This document shows positions 9,772 through 18,734 of a DNA stretch of 64,000 bases, one piece after another. The translations under genes were made by a program, and so were the position numbers. The first letter of the stretch is position 1. Each line of letters opens with the position of its first letter. The notes under the pieces are model-generated. The model was not told the DNA's origin. It was given only the letters and a program-made list of their open reading frames with translations, and searched no databases. The DNA is from an uncultured Candidatus Saccharibacteria bacterium (GTDB taxonomy: Bacteria; Patescibacteriota; Saccharimonadia; Saccharimonadales; CAZDQS01), in NCBI GenBank assembly GCA_964507855.1, contig CAZDQS010000001.1:7251-71250 (forward strand), given 5' to 3'.

Positions 9772-11448
9772 TTAGCCAGGTTTATTGCCTGCCGGCGGTA
9801 TAGTGGGTGGCGGCATCATAGGTGGCGGAACCGGAGGTGGTGACTGCGGGTTGATGACCTGGCCAGTACTACCATCCTTGGGCGGCTCTGCCGGTGGCAC
9901 AAGGTTTGGCGGCAGGCCAGCAAGCGGATCTGGTGGCTGGTAAGCAGGCTGCTGATCAGATGACGCCGGAGATGGAACGGGCGTCTCGGGCGCGACGGGC
10001 GGTGCGAGCGTAGGAGATATTTCGGCAGCAACAGATGGATCCAGCGGTGGCGCTTCGGGCGAGCCTGCAAGTGCTGCCTCGACGGCTTTTTTAGCTTCGT
10101 CGAGTGATGAGTCATCAGGCTTGGAAGCCCGTGGCTCCTCGCTCTTCACTGATTGCTCAAGCTCGTGGAGCGTCTGGGTGCTGTCAGCTTCTGCATCGGG
10201 AGCAGGCGGCTCCGGAGCCTTCGGCGGCGTAGTAAACAATGGATTGGCTGCTGGATTAACACCTGGTCCGCCAATCTTCGGCGACGATGGCAGTGGCGGC
10301 TGAGCAGCACTAGACGTCACTGATGACGTGTCATTGGTAGTTACAGGATCGATGCGCTTCCCTTCTGGTTTGGAAGAAACCACGCGCTCGGATTTGCCGC
10401 TCGGACCCTTGGTAGATTCAGTTGGTGTTGCAGCCGGTCCGGTCGGTTTGACATCCTTGACTTCGGGTAAAGCATCCTGTCCTGTATCAGAAGTTGCCGA
10501 ATCCGACATCTCACTAGACTGCGTGGGTTTTTGCTCGGATGTATTATCAATTTTCAGTTCGTTTTTGCTCTCGGTGGTAGTTCCTGATTTCTTACTGCCG
10601 GATGGTTTTTTAGCCGTATTTGTGGCTTTTGGAGAGCTGGCCGAGCTGTCAGCACCGCCCCGCGGTGGCAATGGCAAACTGCCTTCGTCGCTCTGCTGTA
10701 CTTTAACCTCCAGTTTGGTTGCGACCAGTTGCGGGTTAGCGCCCGCTTCAATGAGGTGCCCGGAGAACATCATGGTCTGCGGAGTCGTGCGCTGGTTACT
10801 GAACCGGTCGGTTTCGGCCACGATGCCGGTCAGGAACGCGGTGGCAATTTGAGCGTCAATCTGCTCCCTGCCCACTGCTTCACCGATGTCTACGAGCATC
10901 TCCGAGAGGCTGCTGGCCTGCTCTGCATTCCAGTTGATTGCACCCAGCTCGCTGGTCTGGTCATTGTTAATTGTTACCACAACCGCATCGTGGAGAATGC
11001 GGCCGTGCGCGACAATTGCCTGGTCAAGTTCATCACGCTGCTGCACGCCAATCGCCAGCACAACCTCGACGTTAAAGTCGCCTTGGCTGAACTCCAGATC
11101 CTCTTCGCTAAGCGTGGTGCGGTACGGGGTGATAAAAATCTTAACGAACTGGTCCTCTACCTTGTAGCGCAGCTTGTCGGCCTTGGACTTGTCGAGCGCA
11201 ATAATAAAGTCGCGCAAACTATCCGCGTTGGACTCGAGCGTTTCTTCGGGGTTCAAGAAGTCAATCGCCGTCGGTACCTTGCCGCTAAACACCGCTGTGG
11301 CATGCTTGCCAAGCTTGTTGAGCAATAACGTCATGCCAATACACGCCGCCAGCTGGTCAACAGACGGATCACGACTCACCGTGACGAGTATGTTGTTCGC
11401 CTGCGCAAGCCGGTCGATTATCTGTTGTCTGGGGTTAGTTTGATCCAT
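9772..11448 (-). CDS. NrnA-like DHH/DHHA1-family protein with degenerate catalytic motifs and a roughly 300-aa Ser/Thr/Pro-rich disordered C-terminal tail
   Basis: The N-terminal 250 aa align in architecture to NrnA (DHHA1 GGGH..AAG region is retained as FSGHLIEAGA), but the first DHH Asp cluster (DPSVDQ) and the DHH motif (NDQ) are substituted; the tail ends PPPVPPPMMPPPTIPP. Confidence 0.5.
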   Translation of the reverse strand: MDQTNPRQQIIDRLAQANNILVTVSRDPSVDQLAACIGMTLLLNKLGKHATAVFSGKVPTAIDFLNPEETLESNADSLRDFIIALDKSKADKLRYKVEDQFVKIFITPYRTTLSEEDLEFSQGDFNVEVVLAIGVQQRDELDQAIVAHGRILHDAVVVTINNDQTSELGAINWNAEQASSLSEMLVDIGEAVGREQIDAQIATAFLTGIVAETDRFSNQRTTPQTMMFSGHLIEAGANPQLVATKLEVKVQQSDEGSLPLPPRGGADSSASSPKATNTAKKPSGSKKSGTTTESKNELKIDNTSEQKPTQSSEMSDSATSDTGQDALPEVKDVKPTGPAATPTESTKGPSGKSERVVSSKPEGKRIDPVTTNDTSSVTSSAAQPPLPSSPKIGGPGVNPAANPLFTTPPKAPEPPAPDAEADSTQTLHELEQSVKSEEPRASKPDDSSLDEAKKAVEAALAGSPEAPPLDPSVAAEISPTLAPPVAPETPVPSPASSDQQPAYQPPDPLAGLPPNLVPPAEPPKDGSTGQVINPQSPPPVPPPMMPPPTIPPAGNKPG

Positions 11449-11501
11449 GATGTTTTTATTTTAACGCTTTCGCTTAGCGTACCATAGCGACTGGTGATTG
11501 T

Positions 11502-12935
11502 CTAATTGCCGTAATGTGCCAGGACAAGGCTGAGATCGAGGGCGTTAACAGCGCCGTTCGCATCAAGGTCACCATCGCTGCGCTGCATGCCTGACCGGCC
11601 ATAATTTCGAAGCACGAGATTGAGATCGGTTCCGTTGACGCTGCCATCATCATTAACATCACCTTGTTTCGGCTCCGGCTCTTCGTCAGATCTGTCTTGC
11701 GGGCCAAGCTTGATGTTATTCTCCGCGACCATATTTTGCCACCGAGTATACTCTGCTTGCTCTGTTGCGAGGGTGATCGGGCTCGGAAGGTTTGTGTTGC
11801 CGGAGCAGTTGGCGCAGTGCGGCGTCCATGAATCGTTACGGCTGGAGCCATCTTGCCAGCCGAGCACGTTGCCAGTCGCGGTGTTGTTGACGTAGGCATC
11901 ACACGGCCAGCCCCATGAGGCGGCTGAACCCATACTGAGGCCAACGTTCATGGCATAAATGTTGCGGCCGTCAGGCAACTTCCCTGAGGATATAATCCGG
12001 TTATCCCAGACTTTGACGTCCCGGCCACAAACGACGCTGATACCGTAGTTGGTCGTTGAGACGACGATATTGGAATAGATGTCGATGTAGCCGCCAGCTG
12101 GCGATTCTTCGGTGGTATCGCCCACCAAGATGCCGCCGCCCGCAAACTCTTGCGACTCCGGCAGAGCCGGGTACGCACCCTGGACGTAGTTGTGATGGAT
12201 TTGCGTGCGAGAGGTCGGCGTACCACCGGAGCGGAAGAAGTTGATATTGTCCTCTACCCGGCTTTCCCACGGCAGGTTAACTATCTCGTTCCAGCCGATT
12301 TCCATATACGGCACGTCTGGGACATTATCCAACTGCAGGAACTGGGTCGCCTCCTGCTCCTCAATGTCGTCAACAATCCAGCCACCATTGCCGTCGCTCT
12401 GGCGGCCGTCGAGGTTCCTGGCTTGATTTCTGACCACCTTCAATGTCTGTGAAGACGTCCGGTTACCTCGATAATCATAGGCCCAGATGCCGGCAGAGTT
12501 CTCAAAATAATTATTCTCAACCACGAGGTTCACGAAGCCGCCGTCTGTGGCAATAAACTGGCCGGGTGGCCAGCCCTTGGTATTAGGGTTCAGGCCATAC
12601 CCTCGCGTATTGCGCACCGTCAGGTTCACCCGTGAGGAACCCAAAATAAGATCGCCCCGGCTGCGAATATTGGAGTTCTCGATAATGACCGGCTGGGTGG
12701 TGCTTATCTTCACCGCCGGCGTGCTTGGGTTGGTACTCTCCCAGTTACCGGTGTATGTACCGCCAGAGGTGATATTGATAGGCCCTGAGTACACGATAGC
12801 GTCGGCCTTGGTGCCGCCGAATATATAGACCGCCACCGCAAGCACCAGGGGCAGCACCACAACCATACTCCTATAGAGTGTCTTCAAATGAGGCTTGCGC
12901 TGTGGCAACAATCCGGGTGCGAGGCTTCTTTTCAT
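11502..12935 (-). CDS. Secreted right-handed parallel beta-helix protein (pectate-lyase-like fold) with a C-terminal dockerin-like module
   Basis: Signal-anchor LPLVLAVAVYIF; repeated NxxxxN/beta-helix rungs (VVENNYFENSAGIWAYDY, IYSNIVVSTTNYGISVV); C-terminal GDVNDDGSVNGTDLNLVLRNYGRSGMQRSDGDLDANGAVNALDLSLVLAHYGN. Confidence 0.65.
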   Translation of the reverse strand: MKRSLAPGLLPQRKPHLKTLYRSMVVVLPLVLAVAVYIFGGTKADAIVYSGPINITSGGTYTGNWESTNPSTPAVKISTTQPVIIENSNIRSRGDLILGSSRVNLTVRNTRGYGLNPNTKGWPPGQFIATDGGFVNLVVENNYFENSAGIWAYDYRGNRTSSQTLKVVRNQARNLDGRQSDGNGGWIVDDIEEQEATQFLQLDNVPDVPYMEIGWNEIVNLPWESRVEDNINFFRSGGTPTSRTQIHHNYVQGAYPALPESQEFAGGGILVGDTTEESPAGGYIDIYSNIVVSTTNYGISVVCGRDVKVWDNRIISSGKLPDGRNIYAMNVGLSMGSAASWGWPCDAYVNNTATGNVLGWQDGSSRNDSWTPHCANCSGNTNLPSPITLATEQAEYTRWQNMVAENNIKLGPQDRSDEEPEPKQGDVNDDGSVNGTDLNLVLRNYGRSGMQRSDGDLDANGAVNALDLSLVLAHYGN

Positions 12936-13114
12936 TGGATTATTTCGCCTGTAGTTTCGCTGTACTTTGTTTTTCTTATGCTTAGGTATTGTCGCAATGA
13001 TACATAGTAGTCAATAGTATGTAAATACGGTTTACTGCACGCCGGCTTTACAAAAGAGGTCGACCCCTGTATACTTAGCTTTCGATATTTAAATCAATCC
13101 TAAAGAGGAACTGA

Positions 13115-13492
13115 ATGCCAATTATTCAATCTGCAAAGAAGCGGGCTCGCGTCGCTACAAAAGCCGCTATCCGCAACAGCAAGACAAAGCGCAGCCTGAA
13201 AACTGCCCTTAAAGCGTTTATCGCCGGCCCGAAGGCTGAGAGCCTAAGCGAAGCCCAAAGCAAGCTCGACACCGCCGTCAAAAAAGGCATTATGCACAAG
13301 AACAAAGCTGCTCGCTTGAAGAAGCGCTTGAGCGCCCAGGCGAAAGCCAACGGCGTGAAGCCAGCTGCCAAGAAGAGCGCGGCCAAGCCAGCTGCAGCCA
13401 AAAAGGCACCTGCCAAGGCTCCGGCCAAAAAGCCAGCTGCTAAGAAAGCTGCTCCAGCCAAGAAACCGGCCGCCAAGAAAGCCACAAAGTAA
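13115..13492 (+). CDS. rpsT: 30S ribosomal protein S20 with a Lys/Ala/Pro-rich C-terminal extension
   Basis: MPIIQSAKKRARVATKAAIRNSKTKRSLKT is the S20 N-terminus; after about aa 75 the protein continues as AKKSAAKPAAAKKAPAKAPAKKPAAKKAAPAKKPAAKKATK; the RBS AAAGAGGA precedes the ATG. Confidence 0.85.
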   Translation: MPIIQSAKKRARVATKAAIRNSKTKRSLKTALKAFIAGPKAESLSEAQSKLDTAVKKGIMHKNKAARLKKRLSAQAKANGVKPAAKKSAAKPAAAKKAPAKAPAKKPAAKKAAPAKKPAAKKATK

Positions 13493-13514
13493 CACGTCGC
13501 TCATCGACAGCAAA

Positions 13515-13543
13515 CTGCCTCCTTCTCGGGGGCAGTTTTTATT
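13515..13543 (+). terminator. Rho-independent terminator after rpsT
   Basis: CTGCCTCC-ttctc-GGGGGCAG hairpin (8 bp, one G-U) followed by TTTTTATTATT. Confidence 0.6.
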
Positions 13544-14462
13544 ATTGCGCGATACTGATAATGAGATGTTGCAATGCATCATCAGCGTCAACGGCTTCGC
13601 TCTTGAGCCTGATGTCGAGCAGCAGCGTACGATGGACCAAGTCCTTGACCTCGGCAATCGACAACTTACGAGCAATATTCATGGTTTTGCGTACTACGAA
13701 CGGGCTGAGCTTGGCCTCACGGGCAATTTCATCTGGACTCCGCTGCCCTGCCGCCTTTACGATCGCCAGCACGTGCAGCTGCCAGGCAATCATGGCGAGT
13801 ATTGCCTGCGGCTCAACCTTCATGGCCCGCTGTTCTTCGTAGACCCGCAGCGCCTTCTTCAAATTGCCGGCAAAAGCAGCATCCAACAGCTCGAACACAG
13901 TGCTTTGGGGTGTCGGTTCGGTCAGCTGGTCAATTGTTTGCCTGGTAACTTCAGCGTTGTAGCTAAGCAGTTTTTGCAGCTCGTGATAGAGCAGCTGCTG
14001 GCTGGCGCCGACCCGCTCAACGAGATACTGCGCGTCGGCCGGGCTCAGCTTCCCGCCCTCGGCACTAGCCTGTTCCACCAGCCAGCCGGCCAGCGCCCGC
14101 CCGTCCAGCTCGGTAAATTCTTTGAAGTCCGCGTGCTTTTTCAGCGCCTTGTAGTAGCTGGAGCGTTTGTCCGGCTTTGGTTCAACAATCACCACATCGG
14201 TCGTTTCAGGAATGGTTGCAAGCAACTGCTCAAAGTTCTCAGTGAACTGCTTAACTGCGCCCGGGTTGCGTAACACGACCAGTTTCTTGCTGGCCAGGAA
14301 CGGTAAACTTTGGATACTCTCTGTTATCCGCTCGTAGGTCGCCTCCTCGCCATCGAGTTTCTCCAGCGCCAGGTCTCCGTGCTCATGGACAAAAGCCCGC
14401 ACCAGCCTATCCAGCTCGTGCTTGAGCAAAAATACATTACTCCCCGTTAATACTGTAATCAC
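13542..14462 (-). CDS. holA: DNA polymerase III subunit delta
   Basis: 306 aa; N-terminal clamp-loader-like domain (VFLLKHELDRLVRAFV...LVVLRNPG) and overall HolA architecture. Confidence 0.75.
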   Translation of the reverse strand: MITVLTGSNVFLLKHELDRLVRAFVHEHGDLALEKLDGEEATYERITESIQSLPFLASKKLVVLRNPGAVKQFTENFEQLLATIPETTDVVIVEPKPDKRSSYYKALKKHADFKEFTELDGRALAGWLVEQASAEGGKLSPADAQYLVERVGASQQLLYHELQKLLSYNAEVTRQTIDQLTEPTPQSTVFELLDAAFAGNLKKALRVYEEQRAMKVEPQAILAMIAWQLHVLAIVKAAGQRSPDEIAREAKLSPFVVRKTMNIARKLSIAEVKDLVHRTLLLDIRLKSEAVDADDALQHLIISIAQ

Positions 14463-14526
14463 GTACAGTGATTATACCCTAACACTAGAGACAACTCGCA
14501 TCACCAGGTATACTAGTGTGGTCGCT

Positions 14527-16698
14527 ATGGCGAATGTCATTATCGTATCGAACCGGCTGCCCATTAGCGTCAAGAAGGTTAACGGGAAGCTGGAATTCAC
14601 CGAAAGCGTGGGAGGCTTAAGCAAAGGCCTTGCTTCATATGCCAAACGCGGGCGAGGCACGTGGATTGGCTGGCCGGGTATTGTCTCAGACGAATTGGAC
14701 GAAGACGACAAACGGCTCATTACAGAGCGGCTCGCCAAGCAGCATTATCACCCAGTTTTTCTCACCCAAAAACAACTCGACGATTACTACAGCGGCTACA
14801 GTAACAACATCCTGTGGCCGTTTTTTCATGATCTTGAAACAGACTTCACAGGCCATGACAAACAGTGGCGCGCCTATCAGAATGTAAACCGACTTTTTGC
14901 CGAAGTTGCGTCCCTCCTCAGCACGCCGGACAGCACTGTCTGGGTGCACGACTACCAACTCATGCTCGTCCCCGAATTGCTGCGGAAGGAAGGATTCCGG
15001 AGCAATATCGGGTTCTTCCTCCACATCCCTTTCCCAAAAGCAGCTGCTTTTTCGGACTTGCCGCATGCCGAGAGCCTCTTAAAGGGTGTGCTGGGCTCTG
15101 ATCTGATTGGCCTACACACGACCGATTACGTCGATAACTTTTTAGACACATGCACCGACTTACGGGTTGGCATGTCCGGCAAAGGCCAGGTCATTCTGCC
15201 CGACCGGGCTGTGCGGGTTACCGACTTCCCTATCGGCATTGACTATACCAAGTACGCCGAAGCCAGCGCTCTCTCAGAAGTGCAGAAGCACGTCCGCCAC
15301 TTTAAGCGCCAGTTTGGCAAATACAAAGTCATCCTGACGGTCGACCGCCTTGACCCTACCAAGGGTCTGGTGGAACGTCTAGAAGCATATCGCGAGTTCT
15401 TGCAACGCAAGCCAAAGCTTCACGAGCAAGTCGTCATGATAATGCAAGCTGCCCCGTCCCGCACCGATATCGAAGCCTATCGGCGGCTGAAAGATAATGT
15501 CGACAAGCTTGTTCGCGAGATCAACAAGACGTTTGGCAAACCTGGCTGGAAGCCCGTTCATTACCGCTACACCGCTGCGCCGTTTGAAGAAGTCGCTGCT
15601 CTGTACCAGATTGCCGATGTCGCCTTCATCGCACCGCTCAAGGACGGTATGAATCTGGTCGCCAAAGAGTACGTGGCCAGTAAATCCGGCGGCGGCGTGC
15701 TTATCCTAAGCGAGACTGCCGGTGCCGCCCAGGAACTGTCTGACGCCATCCTCGTCAACCCGACAAAACGCACTATGCTTGTGAATGCACTGTCGCGAGC
15801 AGTCGCCATGCCGCCGGCTGAACTCCGCGAGCGCCTCAGAAACATGCAGGCAAGCATTGCCGGCAATACTATCCAGGCTTGGGCAGGATCGTTTATGACT
15901 ACCTTGCGGCAGCCGGTGCGCGAAACAAAAATTCGCACCCGCGCCCTTACTGACCCCATACGGCAAAAGCTAGCCGACGACTACCACAGCGCACACAAGC
16001 GACTATTGCTGCTCGACTATGACGGCGTATTGGCGCCCTTTGTGCCGCGGCCGGAGGATGCCAAGCCGTCGCCTGAACTCATAAAACTGCTCCGCAGGCT
16101 TGCCCGGCAGAACGAAACGAATGTCGTTATTATCAGCGGCCGCAGTCGCAGCAATCTCGAAGCCTGGCTTGGGCGTCTGCCAATTGGCCTGGCCGCCGAG
16201 CACGGCGCGCTCCTCCGTAAGACCCACAGCGATTGGCAGATTGTCACGGCACCGCCAACAGATTGGAAGGAAATTATACGGCCGGTACTCGAAAAGTACG
16301 CCACCCGAACGCCGGGCGCGTTCGTTGAAGAAAAAGAGTGTTCACTGGTTTGGCACTATCGCAAATCCCCTCCCTTCCACGCTCAAAAAAATATCGTCGT
16401 TCTGAAAAAAGCCCTCAAGCCCTACCTTGCGATGCACGGGCTTGCGCTCCACAGCGGCAATATGATCTTGGAAATCAAATCACCGGACGCTAACAAAGGC
16501 AAAGCGGCCACGCACTGGCTGGAAGATTCACCGGATTTCATCCTGGCTATCGGTGATGATTTCACAGATGAGGACATGTTTGCCGCCCTGCCACCCAGCG
16601 CCCACAGCATGAAAGTCGGCCCTGGCCAAACTAACGCTCGCTACCGCCTGAAGTCAACCCGCGAAGTGTTTGATCTGCTGCAAAAATTTAGCGCTTGA
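14527..16698 (+). CDS. Bifunctional trehalose-6-phosphate synthase (GT20, OtsA) / trehalose-6-phosphate phosphatase (HAD, OtsB) fusion
   Basis: MANVIIVSNRLPISVKK..., VWVHDYQLMLVPELLR and GFFLHIPFP are GT20 hallmarks; the C-terminal LLLLDYDGVLAPFV...GDDFTDEDMF is a HAD phosphatase; the likely start is the ATG at 14527 rather than the ORF-track start at 14422. Confidence 0.85.
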   Translation: MANVIIVSNRLPISVKKVNGKLEFTESVGGLSKGLASYAKRGRGTWIGWPGIVSDELDEDDKRLITERLAKQHYHPVFLTQKQLDDYYSGYSNNILWPFFHDLETDFTGHDKQWRAYQNVNRLFAEVASLLSTPDSTVWVHDYQLMLVPELLRKEGFRSNIGFFLHIPFPKAAAFSDLPHAESLLKGVLGSDLIGLHTTDYVDNFLDTCTDLRVGMSGKGQVILPDRAVRVTDFPIGIDYTKYAEASALSEVQKHVRHFKRQFGKYKVILTVDRLDPTKGLVERLEAYREFLQRKPKLHEQVVMIMQAAPSRTDIEAYRRLKDNVDKLVREINKTFGKPGWKPVHYRYTAAPFEEVAALYQIADVAFIAPLKDGMNLVAKEYVASKSGGGVLILSETAGAAQELSDAILVNPTKRTMLVNALSRAVAMPPAELRERLRNMQASIAGNTIQAWAGSFMTTLRQPVRETKIRTRALTDPIRQKLADDYHSAHKRLLLLDYDGVLAPFVPRPEDAKPSPELIKLLRRLARQNETNVVIISGRSRSNLEAWLGRLPIGLAAEHGALLRKTHSDWQIVTAPPTDWKEIIRPVLEKYATRTPGAFVEEKECSLVWHYRKSPPFHAQKNIVVLKKALKPYLAMHGLALHSGNMILEIKSPDANKGKAATHWLEDSPDFILAIGDDFTDEDMFAALPPSAHSMKVGPGQTNARYRLKSTREVFDLLQKFSA

Positions 16699-17560
16699 GC
16701 ACCTGGCACGTCAGGCAGATGTGCGTGCCGCGACCGGCTACCCGCGTTTTCTTAATAGTCGTGCCACAGCGCGGGCATGGCTTGCCTTCACGCCGGAAGA
16801 CGTTGGCAAAGCTCAAATAGCTGCCCTTCCGGCCCGCCACGTCAACGTAGTTTTTGTCTGACGAGCCACCCTTCTCAATACTCAGCTCCAGCACTGCCTT
16901 CAGTGCATCGTACAGGCGCGTCATCTTCTGCGCAGAAATGTTCTTAACAAGTGTCGAGGGGTGGATTTTCGCGCTCCATAAACTTTCATCCGCATAAATG
17001 TTGCCGACGCCAGCAATGACGGTCTGATCCAGCAGTACCGCCTTAATAGTGCTGTTCGGCCGCCTGAGCAGCCGTTGCCGGAACTCTTTATGCCCAAAAT
17101 CAGCGCTTAGCGGCTCCGGCCCGACTTTTTTGAAGAAATCGATGTTTGGCACCTCGGCCGTCGGCAACAGCCGCACCCAGCCGAACTTCCGCTGGTCGTT
17201 AAAGAACAACTTGGCACCGTTATCGAGCTCAAAGGTAACGCGCGTTGATTTGTCCGGCAGCTCGCCGATGAGCGAATCGGTCGGATGCCCCGCCCCAAAA
17301 TTTTGCTCGCCCCGGTATACCATCTGCCCGGTCATTTTGAGATGAATAACTAAACTGTACTTGGTATCAAGCTCGATGAGCAACACCTTGGCCCGCCGCT
17401 TTACTTCAATAATTCGCGCACCGATTAAGAATTCCTGCACGTCAGCCTCAGCATTCGGGAAGCCCTTCGGCCAGTCATAGGCCACATCGGTAATCCTTCT
17501 GCCCGGCAACAACGTGCTCAATCCGCGCTTAATCGTCTCTACCTCTGGTAACTCTGGCAT
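16688..17560 (-). CDS. mutM: Formamidopyrimidine-DNA glycosylase
   Basis: MPELPEVETIKRGL N-terminus (catalytic Pro2), H2TH, C-terminal zinc finger CPRCGTTIKKTRVAGRGTHICLTCQ; start taken at the internal ATG (17560). Confidence 0.85.
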   Translation of the reverse strand: MPELPEVETIKRGLSTLLPGRRITDVAYDWPKGFPNAEADVQEFLIGARIIEVKRRAKVLLIELDTKYSLVIHLKMTGQMVYRGEQNFGAGHPTDSLIGELPDKSTRVTFELDNGAKLFFNDQRKFGWVRLLPTAEVPNIDFFKKVGPEPLSADFGHKEFRQRLLRRPNSTIKAVLLDQTVIAGVGNIYADESLWSAKIHPSTLVKNISAQKMTRLYDALKAVLELSIEKGGSSDKNYVDVAGRKGSYLSFANVFRREGKPCPRCGTTIKKTRVAGRGTHICLTCQVLKR

Positions 17561-17592
17561 GCCTACCATTATACAGAGACGGTATAATACCA

Positions 17593-17838
17593 ATGATGAC
17601 AAATAGCCTTGCAGACATATTAGGGAACAAGAATTTTGACGAGCCAGCTGAAGTCCGGTTGATTAAAGATTATGTGCAGCGCCACTTCCAGCGTGAAGTT
17701 GGCGTGTTGGTCAAGCAGGATCAGATTGTCATCGGTGTGCCTAGCTCAGCGCTGGCCGGCGCGCTGCGCATGCACTTGCACACGCTCAAACAGGAGTGCC
17801 AGACCGACAAACGCCTAGTTATCCGCATCGGCGGCTAG
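17593..17838 (+). CDS. Small hypothetical protein
   Basis: 81-aa ORF, no family I can recognise. Confidence 0.3.
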   Translation: MMTNSLADILGNKNFDEPAEVRLIKDYVQRHFQREVGVLVKQDQIVIGVPSSALAGALRMHLHTLKQECQTDKRLVIRIGG

Positions 17839-18021
17839 AGACCGTTCAACCATAAGTTGTCCTAGTTTGTCGGCAATTTTCTGCACCAGCTCCTTCCGCT
17901 GCCGGCTCTCTGTCGTCTCCAGAATCTCGGCATAGCGCCCGACGACTACCATACCGCCCCAATCATAAACCGGTGTTTTGTAATATCCCCCGTTCGGCGC
18001 GGGGACTTCAAATGTTGCCAT
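17815..18021 (-). CDS. Small hypothetical protein
   Basis: 68-aa ORF immediately downstream of the HAD hydrolase gene; no family I can recognise. Confidence 0.25.
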   Translation of the reverse strand: MATFEVPAPNGGYYKTPVYDWGGMVVVGRYAEILETTESRQRKELVQKIADKLGQLMVERSLAADADN

Positions 18022-18041
18022 CTAGCTGTACGCCTTCCTGG

Positions 18042-18632
18042 TTAATTTCCCCCACCCCCGCCTTGCGTAGGTAAGACTTCCTCTAGCTCTTGCCGCATCT
18101 GATGAAAATCTTTGTAAATAATTGACCGCATGCCCAAATCTTCGGCGGCAACGGTATACCGCTCAATATCGTCAACAAACACACACTCCTCATACTCGAC
18201 CCCCAGCTGTTCAATCGCCACCTGATAAATGCGCTCGTGCGGCTTCGTCACGCCGACCTCGTATGAGAATACCAGCGCATCAAATAACGCTTGTTCGTCT
18301 TTGGTCAACAAGTTATCCCGGATCCAATCATCCGACACGTTGCTGATCATGCCGATTTTGTACGTCTTTTTCAGGTGCCGGATGTAATCAATTAAGAGGT
18401 GATTCTTCGCATACTCTTCGGTCAGTTCACGCCGAATAGCTTCTTGGTCGTGGCCTGTTAGCTCCTCTAGGCCGTCGTAAAACTCCTTGCTATCGATGAA
18501 GCCGGCGTCGTGCTTATGGCGCAGCTCATGGATTTGGTCAAAATCTACATCCCGGGGCAAGCTATCACAAAAGGCCCGCCACGGATCGGTCACCAGCACT
18601 CCAAAACAATCAAAAATTACCGCTTTAATCAC
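18042..18632 (-). CDS. HAD-superfamily hydrolase (subfamily IA-like)
   Basis: MIKAVIFDCFGVLVTD motif I (DxD) and downstream HAD motifs. Confidence 0.75.
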   Translation of the reverse strand: MIKAVIFDCFGVLVTDPWRAFCDSLPRDVDFDQIHELRHKHDAGFIDSKEFYDGLEELTGHDQEAIRRELTEEYAKNHLLIDYIRHLKKTYKIGMISNVSDDWIRDNLLTKDEQALFDALVFSYEVGVTKPHERIYQVAIEQLGVEYEECVFVDDIERYTVAAEDLGMRSIIYKDFHQMRQELEEVLPTQGGGGGN

Positions 18633-18734
18633 TCCTCTAGTGTACCAGCTTGGGCGCGGACCGGCCGCAGCCTGCCCTATGAAAATGACCCCTTTTTCAT
18701 AAAAGGGGTCATTGTGGATGCGAGTCCTCCGAGC

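Noticed and set aside
5438-12935. Interpretation as a canonical clostridial-type cellulosome locus
   Set aside because: Dockerin-like tails are present, but no cohesin or scaffoldin ORF is recognisable, and the surrounding core genes and compositional features do not look clostridial. I keep this as dockerin-bearing secretome of unknown partner.
13126-13675. Minus-strand ORFs 13126..13485 and 13244..13675 overlapping rpsT
   Set aside because: They are antisense to the S20 gene. Their Ala/Leu/Phe-rich products are the mirror image of the Lys/Ala tail, a frame artefact.
17593-18021. Convergent overlapping small ORFs (81 aa and 68 aa) as a toxin-antitoxin pair
   Set aside because: They are on opposite strands, overlap at their 3' ends, and have no TA family motifs. 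The 68-aa ORF is more likely a small gene co-transcribed with the HAD hydrolase.
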